From Paramoeba atlantica (lineage: Eukaryota > Protista > Discosea), in contig CDRNVI010000030.1 of the NCBI GenBank assembly GCA_977017575.1, positions 186,001 through 250,000 of the forward strand: DNA of 64,000 nt, read 5' to 3'. Below, one piece after another: positions 11,393 to 21,547 of this stretch. How positions within the stretch are numbered: the first letter of the stretch is position 1; each line of letters opens with the position of its first letter. The position numbers and the translations under genes are program-made. The notes beneath the pieces are model-generated. The model ran no database searches, had not been told where the DNA came from, and was given only the letters and a program-made list of their open reading frames with translations.

Positions 11393-12085
11393 ATGGATTG
11401 TCCGGGGTGCACCACGGTGGCTTGCCTAGTCCTTGTCACTTCTATTTTGCAAATCACGGCGGAAAATGTCCTTCTCCGGCTGAAGAATCACTGTTTTGGG
11501 GCAAATACACCTTGCATTCGCTGCGGAGAGAGGCCTTGTAAAAAGCAATGTTTCAGGAAGCTTGAAAACGGCTCTAAATGCCGTTTAAAGATACCCGAAT
11601 TTGGCCCTTTTTTCCGTTCTAAATCCCAAGTAGTCGCCAAATTTCGGAGTTGGCTGCTCATTGCTCAAGGAAACCTACCCAGTCATGTGTTGCTCTGCAA
11701 TGTAGCATTTGTCAAGTGTATTCCGACATTAGGGAAATACAGAACGTATTCAACGTTCCACGTGGCCCCAGTATACAGCTGAAGTATCTCATGGTAGATG
11801 AGACGTACATCGGAAAACGCCTCCACCACCGCTGAAGAAAACATTCGCAAGCAAAAATTCTGGTTCATGACCGCGACAGAAGTTGATTCGACTACCGGAG
11901 AGTCTCTACAAACTTATTGGGAAGCTACTCTCCGTCGGACTAAAGATGTCTGCCATACTTTCATTCAGTCTGTTATTGGAAATCAAAATTCTATGGTGAT
12001 GGCGGATGAATGGAGGTCCTATCAGGGAACAGATGCATGTCGACATCTCACCATACAGGGAGGGGCACGAAAACTGACAAAGTAA
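11393..12085 (+). pseudogene. Merlin transposase, second subfamily, frameshifted
   Basis: N-terminal Cys cluster (CIRC...C...C), MVDETYIGKR and VMADEWRSY motifs. Confidence 0.8.
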
Positions 12086-12643
12086 GCATTTTAGCGTCCT
12101 AAGGGCTTTTGAGCTGTTTTTTTTTTCAAACGAGAGATCTCGTTTCGAAATATCATATCTACGCTATTTGGAGCCCATTTCTGCTAATCAAAGCAAACAT
12201 TAAAAAAACTGAAATTTTGGGCAAAATATTTTGCAAAAAGTACCGAAAAACGTAAAAAAAAGGCTTTTATTTCTTCTTTTTACCGTACTATAGGCAAACG
12301 CAATAGAAGAAACCGTCGCCAGCTATCACCAGAACAGTGTTCATATCCTGTACGCATTGTCTGCGCACACGAAAGAGAGCGTGGGACATCTATTCCGGAC
12401 ACGGCACGTATGATAAACTGTTCAGAGAGCTCTGTCTCTCTCGGTACGAAGCGCGAGAAGGTCGAGGGTGAAAATTTTCCTCCCCCTCAAAAAATATGAT
12501 ATAAAGATACCCAAAAATATAGATTTGTGAAATATTAATTCGTGAACAAATTTCGAAATGGCGAGCTGTATTCCGCATGTTTCCATAACGAAAAAGACGA
12601 ATACGTTCGTCACTGCACGCTTACCATTAATTTTTTGGAGCTA

Positions 12644-13632
12644 CCGTTACCCCCCCCCCTTACTTAGCCCCCACTTTTTGGCCCAAGACCCGTACTTTGT
12701 GGTGAAGTAAGGGGGATGGTGAAGTAAGGGGGGCGAATAAATGATTCAAAGTTCGATCAATTTATAGTTCTCTCGAAAATCCTCAAATTATTGAAGTACA
12801 CTATGCTATCGACATTGGGCGTAATTTCCTTTTCTTGAGTGTTGTAATACCTCGTGTTGCACATTCTATATTTTATGTTTCGTTTAGCTTGTCTACAATG
12901 TCCCATGGGCTTTTAACTTTCCCCCCATGAAAATTTCTTACATCGTGAAATTTAAATGGTGTCGCAGAACATAACCCATTGAACACCCATTTAAATTTTA
13001 GAACTACAAAACACTGTGGCGCAACTTTATGATCAAACTGACATGATGATGAAACTGACATGGAAGAAAAACGTTCTGAATTAGAAATGGTTCAACATAC
13101 TAAATCATTCCGGATAGCTCCGATCGGTCACTAGCAAGCCAGACCCTTCACAGATAGATTTGGAAGTTTCGAGGCCGAAGTCCTCTACCTGTTTTCGTTA
13201 GTACAAGGCGGCAACAACGCGCTGCTACCCGTTGCGTCGACGAATCGTACGGTAAACCCAAGACAATCTTCAAAAGTTATCATTCCTGCAGCTACGTAGC
13301 ATTCCTGTAACCGTTATCATTTCCCCCCGGAACGTTAAACCGGACTGTGGTTTAAAATCCTGGTATGACGGCGTCGTCTTCACCGACGTGTGCACCAAGA
13401 ACCTTTGTTCATCGATGTTTGTACGCCATCTGTGTCCCTCCTTCAAGACCACTGGGCGTGGCTCTGCCTCGCCTTACCCCGATGCAACGGTCGGTTGCAG
13501 TGCACCCCTCCGGCTGTGTAAAGAGGTGGTAAGTTGTCTGAGAAAAATCCGACACCCCCCTTACTTCACCACACGTCCAGCGACTAAATGTGGTGAAGTA
13601 AGGGGGGAGGCGAAGTAATGGGGGGGTAACGG
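12644..13632. mobile_element. Non-autonomous pogo/Tc1-type element (~990 bp) with TA flanks
   Basis: TA|CCGTTACCCCCCCCCTTACTTAGCC ... GGCGAAGTAATGGGGGGGTAACGG|TA; repeated internal GGTGAAGTAAGGGG motifs. Confidence 0.8.
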
Positions 13633-14874
13633 TATTTAAGGTGCACTTTTCTTAAAATTGCCTTTCGCTCTTTGTTAAAGCTTCTCTGGCGCTTTCTTCC
13701 TTTGAGGCCGCGATTGATGCGTGATTGAAAAAAAGAGGCACCGTTGCTTTCAATACTTCGGACAATTCCTAAACTGGAAGCATGATGATGACAAACCAAA
13801 ATTTTTTGAAGATTTTGGAAGCATGGCGCGTGACCGAAGAGAAATGTCCTCACCATCACGAGGGTGGCAAAGTTCGTGACTCTGCTTCTAGTATTTGTTG
13901 GAGGCGATGTAAGCACGGAAGTTGCAGAAAATGATTGTCTCGATTACATCCTTACTTTTTTGCAGATGTGCGCAAACCGTTCCACAAATTTTAGTTTTGG
14001 TAAACCATTACGAAATTGCCATCCAGTTTCATCCGCTGCCATCTAAATCTTCATAGTGTCCAACTGATGAAGGGATTTAATAATAAAGTTTCAATTATTT
14101 CCATACACGAATATATTAGAAATTTACACCATATTTGCTCTACTTTTTGGTCAAAAAAATTGGTCATTTTTTCCCGGACATTTTTTTTTTCGAAACGGCA
14201 CTATAAGTGGGGGGGGCACAGTACAAATGCATAATAATAAATGATTTATTCATCATTTTGATGTCCTCGATCTTGGAGACTGTGCAGCTAACCGGTCCCC
14301 TCCCTGTGCCCTCTTGTGCCATTTCATGCCATTTCCATGTCAACCCACACTGGAAATAATGAGGTTTTTAAAATGGAAATAAGGAGAATTCAACGATCAA
14401 GGGGTTCCATTGTCTACCAATCTCCGAAAAAGCAAGTAAAAAGCGAGTAAAGCGAAAAGCAGAACTTTCCGAAATCGGAGATTTCGTTGATTGGTACGTA
14501 GAACCGGCAGAACTCTACGTAGAATACCAACTATGAGGGTAGTGAAATTTTGGTAGTGAATTTTTTTTACCTTTTATGTTAGCTAGTTCTTTTGCCTACA
14601 GCTACGTATTGTGCCTATAGCTAGTTACTGTGCCGGGGGGCACCGGGAATATGGTTTCCTTTTTTCTTTTCATCTGAACCTCGCCCATCACTAAAATAAT
14701 GTACATCGAATAAATAAAAAAGGAGCGACACAAGAAGCGGGGTTACACTTGTCACCTGAGATACAGATCTCGGCATGAAACTGCATACTAAAAATGAAGT
14801 CTGCCCTTTGATAAACGTGCGGAAAGATTCACAATTCATATCTATTTCAACTACAATAAACTTGTATTTCGACG

Positions 14875-15714
14875 CTACGAATCGCCCAAGTATTTGGCGT
14901 CTATCTCTCCATCAAACGGGTTGTGGCCCAACGCAAGCCGTTCAAGGCCTGACGGCAGTTTGTCCAAACGCAATTCGCCGCTGAATTTGTTGTGGGACAA
15001 AGTCAAGTACTTCATTGTCGGAGGTAACTTTGTGAGATTTATTACACCACTAAATTCATTTTGTTCTAAATTCATCTCGTTCATATTCAATGGAAGCGAC
15101 GTCAAATCTACGGGCCCAGTGAAACGATTTTCCCACAATAAGAGGTCTTCCATGGTAGGTGGCAGTCTCGTAAAGCACACATTCCCCGTGAACTTGTTCA
15201 TGGATGCGCTAAACGAATATAGTGATGGGGGAAGCGATGTCAAATCTAATGAACCCTCAAACACATTTTGACTCAGCTCTAGATTTTCTAGTTTATCCGG
15301 CAAACCATCTAATCGAATTTCGCCTCTCAATTGATTATGCTGCACAGAAAAATGCTTCACCATTTTCGGAATATCCGTCAAATCTAGACTTCCTATTAAA
15401 CCGTAGTCCCAAAGATTTGGACATGCTGACTGGTCCATTTGATGCCAATGAATAGCTTCTGGTTCGCCTTGTTCGTTACACTCCACCCGATTCCACTCGC
15501 ACGCAGGCATATCCGTACCCCACGTGTAGTGAGGATTTTCAATATTGCGAACGAGACGTGCGAGTTGGTATTCCAACGGAAGATTCGCGACGCTCACTTT
15601 TGCGGCTCTTTTACGCGGTCTCGGACTCACCGTTGTGTTTTCTTTATCACTTAACTTGCGCCTCTTATGATCTGGGGAGGGTGCGTCTTCAAACTTTACG
15701 GTAAGCATATCCAT
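14875..15714 (-). CDS. LRR protein 2 (279 aa), family A with basic N-terminus
   Basis: KRRKLSDKENTTVSPRPRKR, LPLEYQLA, cap WGTDMPACEWNRVEC, about 7 LRRs. Confidence 0.93.
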   Translation of the reverse strand: MDMLTVKFEDAPSPDHKRRKLSDKENTTVSPRPRKRAAKVSVANLPLEYQLARLVRNIENPHYTWGTDMPACEWNRVECNEQGEPEAIHWHQMDQSACPNLWDYGLIGSLDLTDIPKMVKHFSVQHNQLRGEIRLDGLPDKLENLELSQNVFEGSLDLTSLPPSLYSFSASMNKFTGNVCFTRLPPTMEDLLLWENRFTGPVDLTSLPLNMNEMNLEQNEFSGVINLTKLPPTMKYLTLSHNKFSGELRLDKLPSGLERLALGHNPFDGEIDAKYLGDS

Positions 15715-16084
15715 GAAAGAGGAGAGAGGTTGAACAGAGTAAAACAGTTGTGTTCAAGATTAAACATTGTTCTCTACAAATAGCGGTTCAAGTGATAAAG
15801 GGAACAAAAGTCGCTTTCGAGTTATTCTACGCAGATTCCTGTTTGATACCATTTGTCTTCCAAAAGTGGATAATAGTGCTTTGTCTTCGATGGAGATCAA
15901 AATTCCTTTTGTCCGCGTTCGGTAAAGAAAACACTTGGGGTAGTCTTCAACATTAATTAATAGTGAGGGGAAACTGTGGTTGTTGAGCGAGCATTACACG
16001 CTTTTCACAGCATTTGTAAACACGCTTGATACCGGTCTCAAGCCCGGCGTCGTCGTTTCCTCGACGAAGTGTGAGGGTGTAGGA

Positions 16085-16217
16085 GGAGGGTCATCCCTCA
16101 GGTTAGTTGGGGTCATCCCCAGGAGTACTCGGAGGGTCATCCCTCAGTTTAGTTGGAATCATCTCCAGGAGCACTAGGAGGGTCATCCCTCAGGTAGTTG
16201 TTGTCCCAGGAGTACTT
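16085..16217 (+). repeat. Tandem repeat, 3 units of ~46 bp with a GAGGG-TCAT-CCCTC mini-hairpin
   Basis: Units start at 16085, 16131 and 16177. Confidence 0.9.
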
Positions 16218-16987
16218 GGAAAAGTAAGAATCTTTTGGTCAGGAGGGAAGGGGCACCTATTGCTTGCCTATATTCACGTTAACCTTATCAACATGGGTTT
16301 GGTCCCGGTATCAAGTTGCCTACGAAGTGAAAATACCAGCGTGGGTATTACTTTCTCAGGATAATAGCAACGCCACGTTTCCACCTAATCCGAAATGGAG
16401 CTTGTTTGCCCGAAATGATGAAAAAGGAAAGAGAAAGAGGTCAAACTGATTTCTAAACAAGACTTGTGGTACTTATTTCTTGCAAATAACGTAAAGTTAT
16501 ATGGCGAAATTGATCTTTTGACAATTTTTGATTATTTAAGCTCAATATAGGTAAGCAAGCTTCGAAGAGGCAGAGTGATGGTTCTTATGAAAATATGAGC
16601 TCTGAGGGTTGCGACTCTTTCGAGTGCACAAAAAAGGCCTAGCGCTTTCGCCAGAGGAAAAAGTGGACATGAAGTTGAAGATCACTTATTGCGAAGAGAT
16701 TTCTCTGGAGTCCTTGTGTGTCCTACTAAATGCGGCCCCGGAGGAAACATGCCTCACGGCAATAATTTCCTTTGTGGAGCAATGCTTCCCAAGCTCTACA
16801 AAGGAAGAGAAATCAAAAATCACTCGGCGGGTCTTCAAGGTAGCCCGCGCGAACAACGCTACTTAGTTTAAGGAGGAGGTGAAACACCAAATTAAGTGCC
16901 GTAATCTCGCGAAGTTACTCATGGTCCCCCCAAAAGAAACAGCTAAGAAACGTCTTCGTTCTTCAAACCTAGAACTAAATGCAGTAC

Positions 16988-17140
16988 TACTTGTACTTGG
17001 CACTGCTGAGGACCCTTTTCTAGGAGGAGACCGGTGGGGAGCTATGCATTACGATGCGTCGTTCCGGAGCTTTGCTGGAGATTTGTTCATCTCCGCGTTT
17101 GGAACGCACTGTTCAGTCTTGTTTCAAAAGGCTGAGAAGG
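16988..17140 (+). repeat. Dispersed ~150 bp repeat (second copy 28226-28375)
   Basis: TACTTGTACTTGGCACTGCTGAGGACCCTTTTCTAG...TTTCAAAAGGCTG is near-identical at both loci. Confidence 0.9.
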
Positions 17141-17702
17141 CTCATAGTGCGGGTGAAGTCCGCTCAAATGAAAAGCATTTCCTCGCGCTAACCCATTTTC
17201 ACAAGCGATATTCAGGACCTCAAGGAGTTCTATATATTCGAAGATAAAGTCCCGCTTCTAAGGCAAAGTGAAGACGTCAAGGTTAAGCAAGGCCGATGGA
17301 GTGAAGTTTAAGTGAACAACACTATTTGATGCGAAAAAGGGTTTCGTAAGTACAAAATAAATCAAGTCACGTACAGAAAGGAAAAAAGACAGATTGTACG
17401 GCTGAAGTTTACTATTTTTAAATAACAGAGAACTCCTAAGGAACAATCGCCTATTATTACTCGTAGAGGAACAAAGCCCTCCGTGAAGTTTCACCCGCAG
17501 CCCCTCAAATCTATGAGTGAATACTTTTCAGTAGTAAAGCCAAAGTCTTTCGGGGCTACTATTGCAGGGAGGAGGGTCATTTTGCTGACAAATGTCGCAA
17601 CAAAACAGTTTGCTACGCATGTTAGGCTCAGGTGGGCCATAAAAGAAGCTCAGAGAAATGCCCCAAAAGCAAGTCGAAAATACAAGTTCAAGCGCACAAG
17701 CA

Positions 17703-18083
17703 CTATCCCCCGCACATAATTGTCACCGCCCGCCCCCTACTTATTTGTCAGTTCTGGGGAAAGATCGTAAACTCACCCCCCTACATGATTGTCAGCCTGA
17801 CAAAACAGGCGCAGCGAAGCGGCGCCGATTTTTCTTTTGCAATTTTTTTCAAAAATAAATTAGTTTATTGTCCCATCACACAACTTGCAAGCATTAAACA
17901 ACTTGCGAAGAGATAAAACTACCGTTTCTGTACTGATTTTCAAAAAAAGATCAAAAAATGTTTCAATTTTGATCGCGCCCAACGAGACCAACCCCTTAGT
18001 TATTTGTCATCCACCGAACGCCCCCCCTAGTCATTTGTCACTTTTCTCCAAAAAGGGGTGACAAGTAAGTAGGGGGGGTATAG
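17703..18083. mobile_element. MITE (~380 bp), pogo/Tc1-type termini
   Basis: Left CTATCCCCC...TTGTCACC; right GGTGACAAG...GGGGGGGTATAG|TA; internal CCCCCTA(C/G)T(T/C)ATTTGTCA repeats; the left TA is mutated. Confidence 0.65.
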
Positions 18084-18599
18084 TAATTACATAGTTTTTT
18101 GTTTTGAGAGAAATAAAGGATGAAAACAATAAAGGATGACAATAAAGGATGAAATTTAATTAAAGTTTGCTACAATCTCTAATATTATAATGTGATTTTT
18201 TATCTGAACAGTTTTAAAAAGTTTATCAATAAAAACGTATCCGCATCGTGCACCGAAGCGAAATCTACGCGATTCGCTCAAGTATGAATCAAAAGATGAC
18301 ATGCGTCATGATCACCTTGTGGACGCAGCAGTAAGAAAGAGCACGAAGCGTGAGAGGGATCGTGACTGGAGAATACTCCAATCTGTATTGAACATTGGCG
18401 AGACCAAGGAAGTGAAATTTGATGACTTCCTCGACATGCTTTGATTACTCGCTGAGACGTACAAAAATTCAAGGTTAGAGAAGTTTAGAAGGGACGATCT
18501 AAAAGTAAACTTCTTAGTCGAGTTGGAATGGCTTTACTCTCAAGTAGTTACGGTTTCGCTTGCCGAGGAAATCATACTTTGGACAAAGTAAGATTTCCA

Positions 18600-19011
18600 T
18601 TGTGCAATACGTGTGCGAGGTGATGGTACAGAATTTGCACAGACAATTGCTGTGACGACACGAAAGAACAAATTATCTCAAATGTTCATTGAAGTGGTAC
18701 CTCATCGCAAGGCAAGCACTTTGTTTACTCGCATTGAAGGGGGGACTAGAATTTGGACTGACGGGGCGCGGCACTATGCCCGCCTAGGTGAGCGTTACAA
18801 GTGGAATAGTGTAAACCACTGCCGAGAAGGTCACGCACACGGGCGTTCACGCGAACACTGGAGTGTGCAAATTCTGTTGCAAAGAACAGCTGAATCTAAA
18901 AGAAAATATGTTAGGAAGAAAAGTGGGACGAAGGGCAGATGGCGAGCAATGCTCAAGAATGCAATGGCAGTCTACGAAACAACGGCGGAAATGTGGTGCT
19001 GCGCATCTTAG
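18600..19011 (+). pseudogene. Merlin transposase relic
   Basis: FIEVVPHRKASTL, TRIWTDGARHYARLG and SVNH motifs. Confidence 0.75.
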
Positions 19012-19410
19012 AGAAACTGCACGAACATTCTTCGTGTATTCATTCGTATGTCTTGTGTTTTTTCATGCAGGGCAAGACCTGCAGAGATATTTAGTCCCAG
19101 CAGGGGTAAACGCAATCAACGTTCCCTGCTGGAGCCTTTTGCCTTCCGCAGCGAGACAGGGAAAAGCGCGGGATATCTTCCCCGGGAAGGCGAAAAGAAA
19201 CGTCCTCATCGGGATATGATGTCCTGAGATGTTGTGTAAACGCAGTGCGTCAGGAAAGATATACGGATTTGTGGGACGCGAATGGTATTCTCATCGTACA
19301 TGCTACAAATGACTTCCATGGTTCATGATACAACATGGTCAGGGCCATGGATGCATGCTGGCAAATGGAGTTCATGATGCATCAAAAAGCACTATGGATG
19401 GGTGTGAAAA

Positions 19411-19470
19411 TATGCCCATTTCCGGGAGAGAAAAGATGAGCTAGGAGAAAAAGTACAAGGCACAGAAACA
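19411..19470 (-). ncRNA. Degenerate SL-RNA-like copy
   Basis: Minus strand TGTTTCTGTGCCTTGTACTTTTTC...CCCG-GAAA-TGGG; colinear with the 21472-21547 and 36378-36453 copies, donor junction eroded. Confidence 0.55.
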
Positions 19471-19664
19471 TTTAAACAGCATTTAACGAAGCTAAAGTTG
19501 TAAGCTGAAAGTTATTTCCTCTACATAAAATTTTCAAAACCCCCAAGAATTGTAAAATTTCTGAAGAATGCAAATTTTCCTTTAATTTAACCCCTCTCGC
19601 CTAATGAAGTGCAACCATTCATAATTTTTCTGTATTTCCAAGGACAAAACATTAATCAACCCTT

Positions 19665-20585
19665 TCAGTTTTCCAAGAATTTAGCGTCTATCTCTCCTTC
19701 AAACTGGTTGTGACCCAGCGCAAGCTGCTCAAGACCTGACGGCAGTTTGTCCAAACGCAATTCGCCGCTGAATTTGTTATGGGATATCGACATATACTTC
19801 ATTGTCGGAGGTAACTTTGCGAGATTTATTTCACCACTAAATTCATTTCGTTCTAAATTTATATGCCACATTTTCGATGGAAGCGACGTCAAATCTACGG
19901 ACCCAGTCAAACGATTATCCCCCAACAAAAGTTGTTCCATGGGAGGTGGAAGTCTCGTAAGGCACACATTCCCTGTAAAGTTGTTCTTGTATGAACAGAA
20001 CAAATATAGTGATTGGGGAAGCGATGTCAAATCTAATGAACCCTCAAACTCATTTTGACTCAAGTCTAGATTTTCCAGTTTATCCGGCAAACCATCTAAT
20101 CGAACTTCGCCTCTCAATTGATTCTTGTTCACAGAAAAACGCTTCACCAATTTTGGAATATCCGTCAAATCGAGACTCCCTTTTAAACCGTACTCCCAAT
20201 GATCTTGACAGTCCGAATCCTCCATTTGCTCCCAATAAATATCGTCGGGTTCCCCTTGTTCGTTACAAATTACCCGATCCCACTTGCACGCAGGCGTATC
20301 CGTGTCCCACGTGTTGTGAGGATTTTCAATATTGCGAATGAGACGTGCGAGTTGGTATTCCAATGGAAGATTCGCGACGCTCACTTTTGCGGCTCTTTTA
20401 CGCGGTCTCGGACTCACCGTTGTGTTTTCTTTATCACTTAACTTCCGCCTTTTATGATCTGGGGAGCGTGCGTCTTCAAAGCTTACGGTAAGCATAAATG
20501 TATGCATGAAGGAGCTGTGAGATTGAACAGAGTAAAAAAACATATGTTCAAGCTTAAAATTAGTCCTCTCCAAAGAACGGTTCAA
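19665..20585 (-). CDS. LRR protein 3, family A (homologous ATG at 20495)
   Basis: Paralog of 14875-15714 with the same N-terminus and cap. Confidence 0.93.
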   Translation of the reverse strand: MNRSLERTNFKLEHMFFYSVQSHSSFMHTFMLTVSFEDARSPDHKRRKLSDKENTTVSPRPRKRAAKVSVANLPLEYQLARLIRNIENPHNTWDTDTPACKWDRVICNEQGEPDDIYWEQMEDSDCQDHWEYGLKGSLDLTDIPKLVKRFSVNKNQLRGEVRLDGLPDKLENLDLSQNEFEGSLDLTSLPQSLYLFCSYKNNFTGNVCLTRLPPPMEQLLLGDNRLTGSVDLTSLPSKMWHINLERNEFSGEINLAKLPPTMKYMSISHNKFSGELRLDKLPSGLEQLALGHNQFEGEIDAKFLEN

Positions 20586-20826
20586 GTGATAAAGGGACGA
20601 GTGATAAAAACGTCTTCGAGTTATTTTACGTAGAAATAAATCTATTAAATATATTTAATAGACCGCACCGAGATCGCACAGAATCCCCACCCGCAGCCCC
20701 TCAATTTAAGATGCTATAAAATTACTATAAAAATTGTGAAAGTCTATATGACCACACAATATGATATTTTTTTAAAGTGTGAAATAAAGCTTGGCCTTCT
20801 TTGCCTTACTGATACAGTAACAAAAA

Positions 20827-20970
20827 CCCAACGCAAGGTCCCAAAGACCTGGCGGCAGTTTGTCCAAACACAATTTGCCGCTGAATTTGTTATGGGATAA
20901 CGACAAATACTTCATTGTTGGAGGTAATTTCGTGAGATTTATTTCACCACTAAACTCGTTTCGTCGTAAT
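20827..20970 (-). pseudogene. LRR family A fragment, 3' part; continues at 26395-26450
   Basis: Near-identical to 28771-28913 of LRR protein 4. Confidence 0.85.
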
Positions 20971-21084
20971 TTTGATGTTCATGCGCTCGTTGGCGCAGAG
21001 ATACAGCCCTTGATGCGACAGCCGATATCATCGGCACAATCCGTATTGACGGGTGTCGCACCAAGGGGGTTTAGCTCGGACTCT

Positions 21085-21227
21085 GTCGGTAGAGGGGGTC
21101 CAGGCAACTCGCCCTCTCTTTACGCAGCCGGAGGGGCGCACTGCAACCGACTCGGTCCCAGTCGGTAGAGGTGGTCCAGGCAACTCACCACCTCTTTACG
21201 CAGCCGGAGGGGCGCACTGCAACCGAC
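21085..21227 (+). repeat. Two 67-nt GC-rich structured units (period 76); partial inverted copy at ~13440-13530
   Basis: GTCGGT...ACCGAC closing stem and a 9-bp inner stem in both units. Confidence 0.85.
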
Positions 21228-21471
21228 CGCTGCCTCGCGATAAGACGAGGCAGAGCCACGCCCAGTGGTCCTCAAGGGAGGCCACCATGGCGCATGGCTC
21301 CCCGGGAAGAAAAAGGCGCGAGAAGAAGAAAGCCGGGGAGGGAAGAAAACCCACTCAAGGAGTGAGCCGGGGAGGGTTGATGGGGTGGAAGCGCGTCCCC
21401 TACTTCGCCGAGAAAGAGGGACAGTTTCGGCCTTAGTGCCGGCCGGCAACGGGCATATAAAACAGTAAGAT

Positions 21472-21547
21472 TATGCCCGTTGCCGGGGAAAGAAAAGATG
21501 AACTAAAGGGAAAATGTACCAACAAGGTACAGAAACTGTATCTTTAT
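21472..21547 (-). ncRNA. SL-RNA-gene-like sequence (exon 3' part, GT intron, GNRA hairpin)
   Basis: ATAAAGATACAGTTTCTGTACCTTGTTG|GTACATTTT...CCCG-GCAA-CGGG; the 16-nt core matches the trypanosomatid SL core and the TTG|GTA junction mirrors the SL donor site; no clear Sm site seen. Confidence 0.7.

Noticed and set aside
14894-15654. Recurrent plus-strand ORFs opposite LRR genes (also 19747-20441, 28804-29498, 31956-32659)
   Set aside because: Antisense shadows of paralogous LRR coding sequence; their recurrence reflects paralogy.
16085-16217. CRISPR-like array
   Set aside because: Inter-repeat segments are homologous to each other rather than unique spacers; no cas genes; eukaryotic context.
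17912-17933. Further SL-exon-like match (GATAAAACTACCGTTTCTGTAC)
   Set aside because: About 18/21 match, but it lacks the CTTG end and lies inside an AT-rich MITE; chance cannot be excluded.
21085-21227. Hammerhead or HDV ribozyme assignment
   Set aside because: No CUGANGA/GAAA core, and the stem order is a nested three-way junction rather than the HDV double pseudoknot.
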